Origin: a virus
Lineage: Duplodnaviria; Caudoviricetes
IMG/VR virus record: IMGVR_UViG_3300037400_001617
Strand: one strand, 5' to 3'
Length of the DNA: 64,000 nt
The notes below the pieces were generated by a model, which was not told the DNA's origin, searched no databases, and saw only the letters and a program-made list of their open reading frames with translations. Position 1 is the first letter of the stretch, and every line of letters starts with the position of its first letter. Below are positions 19,069-29,116 of the stretch, in pieces. The position numbers and the translations under genes are program-made.

Positions 19069-21459
19069 ATGCCAGAAACAATAGTAGAAAGGAATATGCT
19101 CAGTCAGTATCACGGAGATTATAGAGCGTTTGCTCTGTACTGTGAGATGCAGAGAAGTGTTCCTAATATGAATGACGGACTTATACCAGTACACAGAAGA
19201 ACTGTGCACTGTGCATGGGAGTATTGTCATGCGTACTATCGGGAGAATGAACGCCCGAACCTTATGAAATGCGCCAATGTGATCGGAGCTACAATGTCAC
19301 ACGATCACCCACATGGTGATGCTGGTATACAAACAGCGCTCTATACAATGATAAACTGGTATCAGACTAAGTATCCTCTGTTCCTTGGACAGGGAAACTT
19401 TGGTAACACCTTTACCAGTACTGGTGCTTCACCACGATATACTGAGGCTACAATTTCAGCATTCTGCAGGGATGTAGTACTCGATGAAGTTATGCAGTTC
19501 AAAGATGTAATCGATTGGACTCCTAACTATGACAAGAGAAGCTTGGAACCATTATACTTACCTACTAAGGTTCCGCTTCTTCTGTTAAATGGCTCAATGC
19601 ATATGAGCGTTGGTGATAAGGTTGATGTACCTTCACATAATATCTGTGAGGTAATTGATGAGACTATCAAACTTATCAAGGACCCTAATCACCAGGTAGT
19701 TCTTATACCCGATCACACTCAGGCTTGTGAGATCATAGATACAGACTGGAAGGAAATGTCTAGAACTGGTTATGGCTTATACAAAGTAAGAGGTGTGATA
19801 GAGATTAAGGAGTACTTCGGTAAGACTAAGAAGTATAAGGGACGTACTGTTCTTGCTATACGTAGTTGTCCTAATCTCACTTATCTCGGAAACATCATAA
19901 CTTCTATCGAAAAGCTTGTTAAGGACAATAAGCTTATCGGTATAGAAGATATCGAAGATGAATCAGGCATCGACGATATGAACTATATTCTCGTTCTCAG
20001 ACCTGGTGTAGATCCCAACTTCGTTAAGGAGAGTATCTATACAAACACCAGACTTCAGAACACATTCCGTCTCTATCTGAAGGTATTCGTAGACGATGGA
20101 ATGTATGTATCTACTAAGAGAATGAACTACACAGAGTATCTCACACACTTTATCGATATCAGACGTATCACCAAGCAGAGATACTACTGCCACAAACATC
20201 AGAAGATTCAGACTCGTCTGCATGTAGTAAACAACTACATCTGGGCTTTTGAGTCTAAGAAGGTTACTGATGAGGTTCTTAACCTTATTCGTAAGAAGAA
20301 AGTTGTCGATGATGCAGAGCTTATAGAAGATCTGATTAAGAAGTTTGGCTTCACTGATCTTCAGGCTAAGTTCATAATCGACATGGAAGTCAAGAAGCTT
20401 TCACAGGGCTGGTATCTTAAGTTCAAAGAAGAGAAGGAACAGCTTGATGCAGAGGCTAAGATATGTGCAAACATCATCGCCAATGACGATGTACTCGATC
20501 AGATCATTATAGATGAGCTTGAAGATATCAAGAAAAAATATGGCGATAAGAGAAAGTGCAGAGTTATCTCTGCTGCAGAAGCATCTGGTATTCCTCAGGG
20601 TATCTTCAAGATATCTCTGTCAGAACAGAACATGCTCAAGAAGTTCGGACCAGAAGAGAATATAACTGGAACCAGATCTGGTGATAGAGTTAAGTTCCTT
20701 ATCAAGGGAGACAACTCTAAGAATATACTTCTCTTCGGCAACAAGGGAAGAGTATACAATATTCCGCTGTCGAAGATTCCGTTTGCGGATAAGTCTTCTC
20801 CTGGTACAGATGTCAGAATCATCAACAAGAATATCAATGCTCCGATAACTGCAGTTATCTATGAGCCTTTGTTCGAACAGTACAAGGATGGATATCTTGT
20901 AGTAGTTACAAAGAGCGGTCTTATTAAGAAGATGACCATAGGTGACTTCTTAGCAGTTCCACCTAGCGGTCTCGTGTATACGAATCTTGACCCAGATGAC
21001 TATGTGATCAGCGTTAACTTCTTCTATGGCAACAACGCTGACATAGTGATCTACAATCAGAACAAGGCTCTTAAACTCAACATTGCGGAGATACCTCTCT
21101 TTAAGCGTAATGCTAAGGGTAATATCTCTATGGGAGGTACAAACAAACAAGTAAACGGTATGAGTGTACTTAAACACGGCAGTACCGAGTATCTTGTATG
21201 TACAGCAAACGGCTATATCAACAAAATAACTCCAGACACTCTTCCTTCAGGAAGGGCAAAGGCTGGCAAGTCGGTAACAAGATTGACTAAGGGAGACTAT
21301 ATAGTCGATATACTTGGTGTAAACGAAGAATCGACTGTAAGAGTACTCACTAATAATGGCCAGCACACAGACATCGCTGTAAACACAATTCCTATGGGTA
21401 GCTCAGTATCTGTAGGATACAAAGCCAACTCTGGTATCATCGGAGTTTGGAACTTATAA
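19069..21459 (+). CDS. gyrA: type IIA topoisomerase subunit A (GyrA/ParC-like) with C-terminal beta-pinwheel
   Basis: DGLIPVHRR, HPHGD, GQGNFG, catalytic ASPRYTE, PLLLLNG, blade-like repeats at the C-terminus. Confidence 0.92.
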   Translation: MPETIVERNMLSQYHGDYRAFALYCEMQRSVPNMNDGLIPVHRRTVHCAWEYCHAYYRENERPNLMKCANVIGATMSHDHPHGDAGIQTALYTMINWYQTKYPLFLGQGNFGNTFTSTGASPRYTEATISAFCRDVVLDEVMQFKDVIDWTPNYDKRSLEPLYLPTKVPLLLLNGSMHMSVGDKVDVPSHNICEVIDETIKLIKDPNHQVVLIPDHTQACEIIDTDWKEMSRTGYGLYKVRGVIEIKEYFGKTKKYKGRTVLAIRSCPNLTYLGNIITSIEKLVKDNKLIGIEDIEDESGIDDMNYILVLRPGVDPNFVKESIYTNTRLQNTFRLYLKVFVDDGMYVSTKRMNYTEYLTHFIDIRRITKQRYYCHKHQKIQTRLHVVNNYIWAFESKKVTDEVLNLIRKKKVVDDAELIEDLIKKFGFTDLQAKFIIDMEVKKLSQGWYLKFKEEKEQLDAEAKICANIIANDDVLDQIIIDELEDIKKKYGDKRKCRVISAAEASGIPQGIFKISLSEQNMLKKFGPEENITGTRSGDRVKFLIKGDNSKNILLFGNKGRVYNIPLSKIPFADKSSPGTDVRIINKNINAPITAVIYEPLFEQYKDGYLVVVTKSGLIKKMTIGDFLAVPPSGLVYTNLDPDDYVISVNFFYGNNADIVIYNQNKALKLNIAEIPLFKRNAKGNISMGGTNKQVNGMSVLKHGSTEYLVCTANGYINKITPDTLPSGRAKAGKSVTRLTKGDYIVDILGVNEESTVRVLTNNGQHTDIAVNTIPMGSSVSVGYKANSGIIGVWNL

Positions 21460-21511
21460 GAAATGCGGGTAGAGGATAACACCTCTACCCATCTTTTATA
21501 GGAGGGTTATT

Positions 21512-22240
21512 ATGAGCGAAACAATCAAAAACACCAACGCAAAGATAAACGCACAGATGGAATTCACTATAGCTAATGGTGGCAACATCTGGCTCATGAC
21601 TGATTGGCATCTTATCAGATACAACAAGAAAACTGGCGAGTTCTATGAAAGAGAAAACGCAGCTGATATCCTTGGAACTGCGGTAAGGACTATTAAGGAT
21701 ACCGACATTGTTATCTTCATGGGCGACCTTGTAGATTCAGAATGCTATACAGATTATCCAGTTGTATCACTGTACAGGAAGTTAGCAACTATCTGCAGTG
21801 TCTTCAAGAAGGCTAAGAAGAAGTACTTCGTTATCGGCAACAATGATAGCGATGTCATACAGCTCTATAAGGATCTCGGATTCGATGAAGTGGTTCCGTG
21901 TATCCTCTTTAGAGGCGACATAGTGATTAGTCACATGCCATTCAAGTGTAAAGATGCTAAGTATAACATACACGGACATCTGCATATCGGAGATCCAGAT
22001 CTCAAGTGTACTAGCCATTATTGGCCTCAGTATGGAGTAGAGAAAACCAGTCAGCACATCAATGTGTTCAACAACGAGAGACATCCGATTGATCTGATGA
22101 GTGATGTTCTCAATGGACTCTGTATCAACGGAGTTCCAAATGATTCAGAGCCGTTAACTACTACAGACATGAAGGCTAAGAAACATAACGCACAACTTCT
22201 TAAGGATACCAAAGCTTACTACAAGGAACTTAAGAAGTAA
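21512..22240 (+). CDS. calcineurin-like metallophosphoesterase
   Basis: TDWH, MGDL, IGNND, SHMP, NIHGHLH. Confidence 0.85.
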   Translation: MSETIKNTNAKINAQMEFTIANGGNIWLMTDWHLIRYNKKTGEFYERENAADILGTAVRTIKDTDIVIFMGDLVDSECYTDYPVVSLYRKLATICSVFKKAKKKYFVIGNNDSDVIQLYKDLGFDEVVPCILFRGDIVISHMPFKCKDAKYNIHGHLHIGDPDLKCTSHYWPQYGVEKTSQHINVFNNERHPIDLMSDVLNGLCINGVPNDSEPLTTTDMKAKKHNAQLLKDTKAYYKELKK

Positions 22241-22291
22241 TCTATAGGGGGTTGTTATACACAACCCCTTATTTTTAAGGAGGAATCGGAT

Positions 22292-22888
22292 ATGAATAAC
22301 AGAATTCCTAAGATACCAAAGATGAAGATAGAAGATCTTCTCGAAAAGCTCAAAGAAGAATTCAGAATAGGACATTGGGATCCGAAGGAGGAAGAGTTTA
22401 CTCCAAGAGGTGCATTCAACATGCACTCTATATACAGAACTCTCTCCCCACAGAAGTTTGAAGCTTACAAATGTGGACTCAACTACGACTACACAGAGTA
22501 TCTGGCTTGGTATTTCACTACATACTTCAATTCAACATTCTTTGAACTGTACTACATAGAGTTCAGCGATGGCTTCAATTACACATTCCTTATCTATCAG
22601 GATCAGTACGGATATCATCTTGTCATTCCAGATGGCTATCTTCCAGTGTATGGAGTCATCGACAAAGGAACAGAAGATGAGTGTGTACAATTCATAGTCA
22701 ATGTGATAAGTAGCTATAGAATGTGTAAAACAGAATGGATCGTCTTCAAGTATCTGCCTACTGGAATATATGGGTGTACTATAAAACAGTTCATGGATGA
22801 TAAGTGGGTATGGAGATGGTACTACAAGTCATCATGTAGACAGGATCAAGTTCAATTCTTATTCAAGAGAGTCAATACCGTCCTATAG
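22292..22888 (+). CDS. hypothetical protein
   Basis: 198 aa, AAGGAGG SD, aromatic-rich. Confidence 0.75.
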   Translation: MNNRIPKIPKMKIEDLLEKLKEEFRIGHWDPKEEEFTPRGAFNMHSIYRTLSPQKFEAYKCGLNYDYTEYLAWYFTTYFNSTFFELYYIEFSDGFNYTFLIYQDQYGYHLVIPDGYLPVYGVIDKGTEDECVQFIVNVISSYRMCKTEWIVFKYLPTGIYGCTIKQFMDDKWVWRWYYKSSCRQDQVQFLFKRVNTVL

Positions 22889-22921
22889 TTACATATTATA
22901 ATGACGAAAGGAGGACTAGTT

Positions 22922-23311
22922 ATGGCTAGTGGAGTACGTATAGTATCAATCCCTAGGCGAGTAACTAAGAAAAACGAAGAGTATAAACTCGATGGATACC
23001 ACTATGTGGGAATGGAGGAAGCTCTTCGGAAGTACACACACCCAAGGTTTGCCGATCAATGCTGCTGGGTTTATATGCAGAGGGATTCAGCAAACCAAAA
23101 CAACCAGTTACCAGATGCTCTCACAATAGTGGGTAAAGTGATCAATTACGATGAAGAGCAATTCACTGTAGAACTCTATAGGAATGACTGGTACAATACT
23201 TTACCCAATCCAGAAATCTCTATAGCCTTTACAGGTCACAGAGACGTCGAAAACAAAGCTATCGAAGTATACTCCATTACTGGACTGTACTTAGGTAGCG
23301 TAATATTCTAA
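22922..23311 (+). CDS. hypothetical protein
   Basis: start moved to ATG 22922 after AAAGGAGG. Confidence 0.75.
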   Translation: MASGVRIVSIPRRVTKKNEEYKLDGYHYVGMEEALRKYTHPRFADQCCWVYMQRDSANQNNQLPDALTIVGKVINYDEEQFTVELYRNDWYNTLPNPEISIAFTGHRDVENKAIEVYSITGLYLGSVIF

Positions 23312-23324
23312 GGAGGAATTACAC

Positions 23325-24689
23325 ATGGGAACAACAAGAATGGGAATTATCGTTAGGGATACTAAGAAGCCCTTTCCATTCGATAAGGAAAAGATCGAGA
23401 AAGTTAACAAGACAGAAGAAGGTTACTCTATTCTCGTACATGGAGGAGTAAACCACTTCGATGACAGAGCTTGTGTTGCTCTGTTCAGACTGATCATGGC
23501 TGGATATTCCACCAGTTATGTAAGAAACACAATCCCTGCTGTTGAAGGTGATGAACCTGCATGGGAGCATGAAGTTACGATTTCAGAAAAGACACATGAC
23601 AACAACGAAAATATTACAGTTGAAAGACAGACTAAGTACTCACTCATCTGCGACATCGGTCGTAAGTATGATCCTGAAAAGGGATATTTCGATCATCACC
23701 AGGAGCTTGACGAAGCACATAAGAACTATGCAGCTTTTGGTCTTCTCTGGGAATACTATACTACGCCAGAGATGAGAGAATACTACAAGGAGTTTGACAG
23801 ATTCGTTCATCAGATGGATGATCATGACATGGGAGTTAAGAAGTCTCCTGTATGCGACTTCTTCAGAAACTTCAATGCGTTCTCATCAACCAGTGGTTAT
23901 TATGATAATGATGAGATACTTTTTGAAGAGAGCGTTAACATACTCACCTTTGTATTCAGACGTATGCTGATCAATTGTCACATCAGCAGAGTAGCAGAAA
24001 AGGAAGCTGCTATAGCATCAGAGATAAAGACAGTAAAGCTGGAGAATGGTAAAGAAGTAAAGATCTGTATGCTCAAACACTTCTTCCCTGCTGGTGAATC
24101 ATATGCTGCATCAATGGGTTGCGAATTGGTAGCATGGAAACTTGCAGAGGACGATGATCGCAATCCTAACTGCTATCATGTAATTTGTGTACGTCCCGAC
24201 AGAAGCACTTACTCTACACCAGTTCGTTTCCCTGCTGACTGGGCAGAGAAGAAGAGTGCACCTGAATGGGTAAAGTTCTGCCACAAGACAGGATTCCTTG
24301 CAGTGGTAGATACTTATGAGCATGCTGTGGAGTGCTTACATCATGTAGTACTCAATGAGAAGGCTGCTGATAAGGTTCTCAATATCAAGCTCATATGCTC
24401 AGACGACATCAAACTCGAGGATATGTATAACCAGTACATGTCAGAGTTCGGAGTTATGGGTGACTATGGCGAAGGAAATATCTCCATAGATCGTTTCCCT
24501 GAAGCAGACAATATGGGTATCTACAGCGATGTGAGAGAACTTGGTCTCACTTTAGATCTGAAGAAGGCTATAGCTCCTAATCAGCTTGTTAGTATGATGG
24601 GAAGAGTATTCTCCGATCAGTGTTGCGAAGATCTCTATGACTATCACGATGAGATACTCGAAAAGCCTGCAGGAAACTTTGGCTTATAA
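23325..24689 (+). CDS. Myg1 (UPF0160)-like DHH-family exonuclease
   Basis: HGGVNHFDD, DIGRKYDP...FDHHQ, AAFGLLW, DDHDMG, FCHKTGFLA. Confidence 0.8.
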   Translation: MGTTRMGIIVRDTKKPFPFDKEKIEKVNKTEEGYSILVHGGVNHFDDRACVALFRLIMAGYSTSYVRNTIPAVEGDEPAWEHEVTISEKTHDNNENITVERQTKYSLICDIGRKYDPEKGYFDHHQELDEAHKNYAAFGLLWEYYTTPEMREYYKEFDRFVHQMDDHDMGVKKSPVCDFFRNFNAFSSTSGYYDNDEILFEESVNILTFVFRRMLINCHISRVAEKEAAIASEIKTVKLENGKEVKICMLKHFFPAGESYAASMGCELVAWKLAEDDDRNPNCYHVICVRPDRSTYSTPVRFPADWAEKKSAPEWVKFCHKTGFLAVVDTYEHAVECLHHVVLNEKAADKVLNIKLICSDDIKLEDMYNQYMSEFGVMGDYGEGNISIDRFPEADNMGIYSDVRELGLTLDLKKAIAPNQLVSMMGRVFSDQCCEDLYDYHDEILEKPAGNFGL

Positions 24690-24701
24690 TACATCAGCAA
24701 G

Positions 24702-24738
24702 AAGGAACGGTGGGAATCATCCCACCGTTTCTTTTTTT
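24702..24738. terminator. terminator between convergent genes
   Basis: AAGGAACGGTGGGA-atca-TCCCACCGTTTCTT followed by a T-run. Confidence 0.75.
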
Positions 24739-24739
24739 G

Positions 24740-25552
24740 TTAATCCCACGGAGAACGGAACAATGGTACATATACAGGTTGCTGTGCAGGCGCTTGTGAA
24801 GGTATACCAGCATAGTTATCGTTACCATCTCTTAAAAACGACAGACGCTGTTTAAGCAGTTCCCGAGTAGCCCCAAGCTGGTCGACTTGAGAGTTGTCTC
24901 CCATATCGATAGCAATGTATTTCTTTTCAAGTATCTGCATGTAGTCATTGTATATCTGATCTTGTGCAAGCTTCTCAATCATTTTCAGTTTGTCGAGAAG
25001 TTCAGTATCGATATAGTCATGATATTGCTGAACGAATGCATTGTAATATCCGTATACCCTGTTCGCAGGAACATAGATATACTGATTATGAACAAGCTCA
25101 TGAACAGTCTCTGATAATGGGATAAGTCCTACCATTAAGCAGTAGTGTACATAGAGTACTTCATATGCTACTGCTTCTATAGTAAGAAGCTCTCCAAGAG
25201 CCATTCTCTTTCTGATGATTATACTACAGATCTCATAGAGTGTCATAGGAGAGTGGTGAATCTCTATCCTTATCTTAGGAGTAAACTCGTTCGATACGTT
25301 AGGCAGAAATGCACAGTTTCTCATATCCATATACTCCCTGAGATACTGTACCATGTTCTTGTATTCGAGTGATTGTCTGACAAATCTCTCGAGATCTTTT
25401 ATGTATTTAGTCATATCCTTCTCATCAAACATATCGTAGTCTTGAACACCGTACTCGGGTATGTCGTTCGGAATTGCAATTATATCGATATCGTTAGGAG
25501 TGAAGGTATCAAGAGGATTAGTAGTATCCACTTCTTTGTTATTGTAATCCAT
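24740..25552 (-). CDS. putative HNH-like/His-metal protein
   Basis: CAF...IEIHHSP...PLSETVHELVH; start moved to ATG 25552 after AAAGGAGG. Confidence 0.5.
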   Translation of the reverse strand: MDYNNKEVDTTNPLDTFTPNDIDIIAIPNDIPEYGVQDYDMFDEKDMTKYIKDLERFVRQSLEYKNMVQYLREYMDMRNCAFLPNVSNEFTPKIRIEIHHSPMTLYEICSIIIRKRMALGELLTIEAVAYEVLYVHYCLMVGLIPLSETVHELVHNQYIYVPANRVYGYYNAFVQQYHDYIDTELLDKLKMIEKLAQDQIYNDYMQILEKKYIAIDMGDNSQVDQLGATRELLKQRLSFLRDGNDNYAGIPSQAPAQQPVYVPLFRSPWD

Positions 25553-25635
25553 ACAAATGCCTCCTTTCAGGTATTTATCATGATGTTTCGACAAAAAAAA
25601 GAAACCTGGGCAGTACGCTCAGGTTCCTCTTAAAA

Positions 25636-25959
25636 CTACTGGATGTTCCAATACCCTTCGAAGAAGTGCACTGTTACAGAGGGATAGTCTCCCCACTTTT
25701 CAAACATCCGATATCCACCCCATGCTGGAACGGCGAACTTGTAGACGCCATCGACACATACCAACAGATACCCGTCGAAGTTCTTCACCATTTCCCTAAT
25801 AATCCATCCTGGGAAAGTGGCAGTGCTGTCTGTTGTTCTTATATGCGGTGCTGACTTGATCAGCTTCTCACCGAATATAAGCTTTATGCTTTCCACGCTC
25901 TTATAATCGGAAAGCTTGAATCTGGTCACCTTTACACGGTCTTTTGTTCTACTAGTCAT
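25636..25959 (-). CDS. hypothetical protein
   Basis: start moved to ATG 25959 after AAAGGAG; TATATACTAT motif upstream. Confidence 0.7.
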   Translation of the reverse strand: MTSRTKDRVKVTRFKLSDYKSVESIKLIFGEKLIKSAPHIRTTDSTATFPGWIIREMVKNFDGYLLVCVDGVYKFAVPAWGGYRMFEKWGDYPSVTVHFFEGYWNIQ

Positions 25960-26073
25960 AATTGACAACTCCTTTTCATTTAGTATGAGAATGTGATTAT
26001 CACACTCTACACATCTATAGTATATAACGGAGACAAAGATTCCGAGATCCACTAGGGATCTCGGAGTTTCTTT

Positions 26074-26952
26074 TTACTTACTGCACCAATCCATGATAGC
26101 ATTCTGTACATACTGCTCAAGGTTAACAATAACCTTCTTACCATCTGTAGTGGTCAGAGCAACTCTCTTACCACCATCAACGATAATAGCAGATTCATAC
26201 AGAGTTTCGAATGTATCAACGATGAACTTAACGTTAGCAGACTCTTCCTTGATGAAGTCGCATACCTGCTGGTTCATGATAGGAGTGAGTATACCATCTG
26301 TAGCAGCTGATTCTGTAATCATAGCTCTTCTGTGAAGTTCGTTGTCTGCCAGAGGTTTTCCGTCTACTCCTACTATAGCAGACTCTTTGATAACCTTGTT
26401 CTTATCCTTAGGATCGATAAGATGACTCATGTAAGCTCTCTTATGAGATGGGAAGATAACGTGGTCCCAAGTGATGATTCTGATGTTTCTTACATAGCAT
26501 CTACCATCCTTAGAACGATCTACACTACCCAATGCTCTAAGAGAGAAAGCAGGCTTGCAGCCGTCGATAAGGTCTTGGTTAAACATAGCACCAAGCTCAT
26601 TGTTTGTTCCGTGGAAGTTAGCATGGATATCCTTACCATCTCTCCATACCTTATCGAACTGTACACAGACAAGCTTAGGATCGATTACACTCTGTATAGA
26701 GAGTTCATTGCTGGAAGGATGTCCTGCATGTCCTCTGAGATAGCCTGCCTTAATAAGCTCCTGCATTCTGTCGCCGTTAAGTTCGGGATCCATCTCTTTG
26801 ACTTCGTAGATACGTCCATTTCTGTTTTCTATCTCAAGATCCTGTACTATGCCAGTAGCATAGACTCTGCCACCTTCTTGCGAAATGACAACAGAATCTG
26901 ATTCAGTGACTGATTCGTTGATAATCATACCAACGCATACATCTTTGTTCAT
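26074..26952 (-). CDS. prohead maturation protease (T4 gp21-like)
   Basis: NRNGRIY, GHAGHP (catalytic His), FSLRALG (catalytic Ser), ITWD.V..PS. Confidence 0.88.
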   Translation of the reverse strand: MNKDVCVGMIINESVTESDSVVISQEGGRVYATGIVQDLEIENRNGRIYEVKEMDPELNGDRMQELIKAGYLRGHAGHPSSNELSIQSVIDPKLVCVQFDKVWRDGKDIHANFHGTNNELGAMFNQDLIDGCKPAFSLRALGSVDRSKDGRCYVRNIRIITWDHVIFPSHKRAYMSHLIDPKDKNKVIKESAIVGVDGKPLADNELHRRAMITESAATDGILTPIMNQQVCDFIKEESANVKFIVDTFETLYESAIIVDGGKRVALTTTDGKKVIVNLEQYVQNAIMDWCSK

Positions 26953-27119
26953 AATAGGGATTACCTCCTTTGAGTGATATTGTTACTAAGATGTTTAAGA
27001 AGAACCCCTCATATGTGTTTTATATCAACATCTATAAACTGACCCGTTTGGGAGGATTATAGAATACAGTTTTAAAAAAGCAGAACATATTAGTAATCTC
27101 CTTGAAAGGAGTTGGTGAC

Positions 27120-27317
27120 TTGAACAAGTCAAAGACACATTACGAGAAGGGAAGTTTCTTAGATCATCTCGCTTCAATGACACCAAACGAGATCAATGAC
27201 TTCCTTAGGACTAATGGTAAAAGTAAACCAGTCAACCCATTTATAAGAATCGATCCTAGAGATAGGTTCGATCAAACTACATCCAAACAGGAGGACAAAG
27301 ACTATGGCAACCAATAA
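27120..27317 (+). CDS. small hypothetical protein
   Basis: TTG start after GAAAGGAG; AACA-N6-TA at 27084-27095. Confidence 0.65.
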   Translation: MNKSKTHYEKGSFLDHLASMTPNEINDFLRTNGKSKPVNPFIRIDPRDRFDQTTSKQEDKDYGNQ

Positions 27318-27876
27318 GAATGCTACAGCTAACACAGAAGAGATGGGAGTAACAGCTCTCGTCAATGACATCAAGACTCATCTCACTCAGAAGAGTGCTT
27401 CTACAAGAGATGAAGTAAGAGTAATGAAAGCAATGCTCAATGACAGAAACTTCCAGTATTCCGAATACTCTAACAGCGGCGTTACACAGCACTGCCCTGC
27501 AACAGAGTTCAGAGGAATGATGGCAAATATCGTATCATCAACAACTCACATGCCCAAGGCTGAGGCTGAAACACTCGTTAACTCCTATGAGGCTAAGAAG
27601 AGCGATGCTGAAACAATGGTAAAGCTCTCCAAGGACTTCCTCAATACAGCGCTCAGAACTGGCAGAAGCGTAAATCTCGGCGGTACAGAGAAGAGCAATA
27701 TCTCTATTCAGCTCAAGGACGTTGAAATGACAACAAAGAGATATCCTAAGAAGGTCGGCGTTAACCCTGACGGTTCTACACGTTACGAAAACGCTGAGTC
27801 TACAGTACCTGCTCATGAAGGACTTAAGGTTAAGTCACCTTGCCCTGATTGGGTATCAGACAAGAAGAAGAAGTAA
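27304..27876 (+). CDS. putative HU/IHF-like DNA-binding protein
   Basis: C-terminal half LRTGRSVNLGG...ISIQLKDV...VPAHEGLKVK resembles the HU beta-arm pattern. Confidence 0.4.
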   Translation: MATNKNATANTEEMGVTALVNDIKTHLTQKSASTRDEVRVMKAMLNDRNFQYSEYSNSGVTQHCPATEFRGMMANIVSSTTHMPKAEAETLVNSYEAKKSDAETMVKLSKDFLNTALRTGRSVNLGGTEKSNISIQLKDVEMTTKRYPKKVGVNPDGSTRYENAESTVPAHEGLKVKSPCPDWVSDKKKK

Positions 27877-28216
27877 TCTCTCCGAGATTACTCTTCATAT
27901 AAATCATTCATCCATACTTATACCAAGTGCGAGACGAATCAGCTGATAAGCAACACTAAACCTAGTCCAGGTAGGACAGTAGTAATATGAGAGTAGTACG
28001 CGAATCAGCCCCGTCTCACATTGACTAGCATCTCAATACCTATAGTTAAAAGCTCTCACTCAATTCACAATATGCAATATAACCTAGCCTTTATATAACA
28101 TACTAGCTTCCAGCCTATTGGATTAAGTAGGCGATCACTACCACTATACAGCTCTAACACTGTAAAGGATATCCTTAATTAACAATTCTAGCTAAAGAAC
28201 TAAACCCCATGATTTA

Positions 28217-28250
28217 GCCCACTGGGTGTTCCCCAGTGGGCATCTTTTTT
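28217..28250 (+). terminator. intrinsic terminator
   Basis: GCCCACTGGG/CCCAGTGGGC stem followed by ATCTTTTTT. Confidence 0.75.
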
Positions 28251-28255
28251 GTCTC

Positions 28256-29077
28256 TTAGATGTAATCGTTTGTTACAACTGCAGATTCATCTACGTTCTT
28301 CATACGTCTCTTCATCAGGAAGTTGTATTCCTTGTTGAAGGTAGCAAGCCACTCATCGAGTTTGCTCTGAACGTGTGACTTGTCTGAAGCATCTCTTGCT
28401 TCCTTAGTTACATCAATGAGCTTTCTGAGAGTCTCACTGACTGCTGTACAAGCTGTCTCATAGTCGTAAGTCTTCTCAGTCTCTACGCCCATCTCAGGAA
28501 CGTACTTAGCAGCATTACAGAAGTTATCAAGCTCACAAGCTTCGTCCTCAAGAGCAAGCTCTGCTGCAACGTCGATGAGATACCAACACTTACCGACAAG
28601 GTTGTCTGTCATAGAGTGTATAGTATCGAACTTCTTACCTGCACACATGAGGTGTACGTGTTCGAAGTTGTTAGTTGCAACGACGATTGCATATGCGAGC
28701 TTAGCGAGAAGTCCTGACTCCTGTCCACAGCCACAGCATTCTCCTGAATCTGATGAAGAATCATCGTCGCCGAGATAATCGTTAGAACTATAATCGTCCT
28801 CATCAGAATCACTCCAATCGGAGTCATCCTCCGACGAATCTTCTTCGTCACCAAGGTAATCATTACCCGATGAATCGCTATCATCATCAGAAGAAGAATC
28901 ATCGTCATCTTCATCTGAATCTATATCATCGAGATAGTCATTTCCGTCGCTAGAAGAATCATCGTCGTCATCATCCTTCTTATCTTCGTCTTTCTCGTCA
29001 TCGAGCTCTTCGTCTTCGTCGTCCTTCTTCTTCTTCTTGAGCTCCTCGTCGTCTTCTAATAAGAACATGTTAGCCAT
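28256..29077 (-). CDS. Dps/ferritin-like domain with long Asp/Ser-rich N-terminal tract
   Basis: HVHLMCAGKKFDTIH...IDVAAE matches the Dps H-W-x-x-x-G-x-x-F-x-x-x-H...D-x-x-A-E pattern (Trp replaced). Confidence 0.65.
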   Translation of the reverse strand: MANMFLLEDDEELKKKKKDDEDEELDDEKDEDKKDDDDDDSSSDGNDYLDDIDSDEDDDDSSSDDDSDSSGNDYLGDEEDSSEDDSDWSDSDEDDYSSNDYLGDDDSSSDSGECCGCGQESGLLAKLAYAIVVATNNFEHVHLMCAGKKFDTIHSMTDNLVGKCWYLIDVAAELALEDEACELDNFCNAAKYVPEMGVETEKTYDYETACTAVSETLRKLIDVTKEARDASDKSHVQSKLDEWLATFNKEYNFLMKRRMKNVDESAVVTNDYI

Positions 29078-29116
29078 AACGTGTTCCTCCTTTCAGTAGT
29101 TTATTATAAGGTTGAT

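Noticed and set aside
21088-21105. EIPLFK in the topoisomerase A subunit as another LF docking motif
   Set aside because: It falls in a pinwheel blade consensus (eIP...R...G) inside a folded domain, so it is probably coincidental.
27941-28006. Hammerhead or twister ribozyme (CTGATAAG...CGAA; CTAACACTG near 28154)
   Set aside because: The core deviates from CUGANGA/GAAA, the required stems could not be built, and G-U pairs favour the opposite strand.
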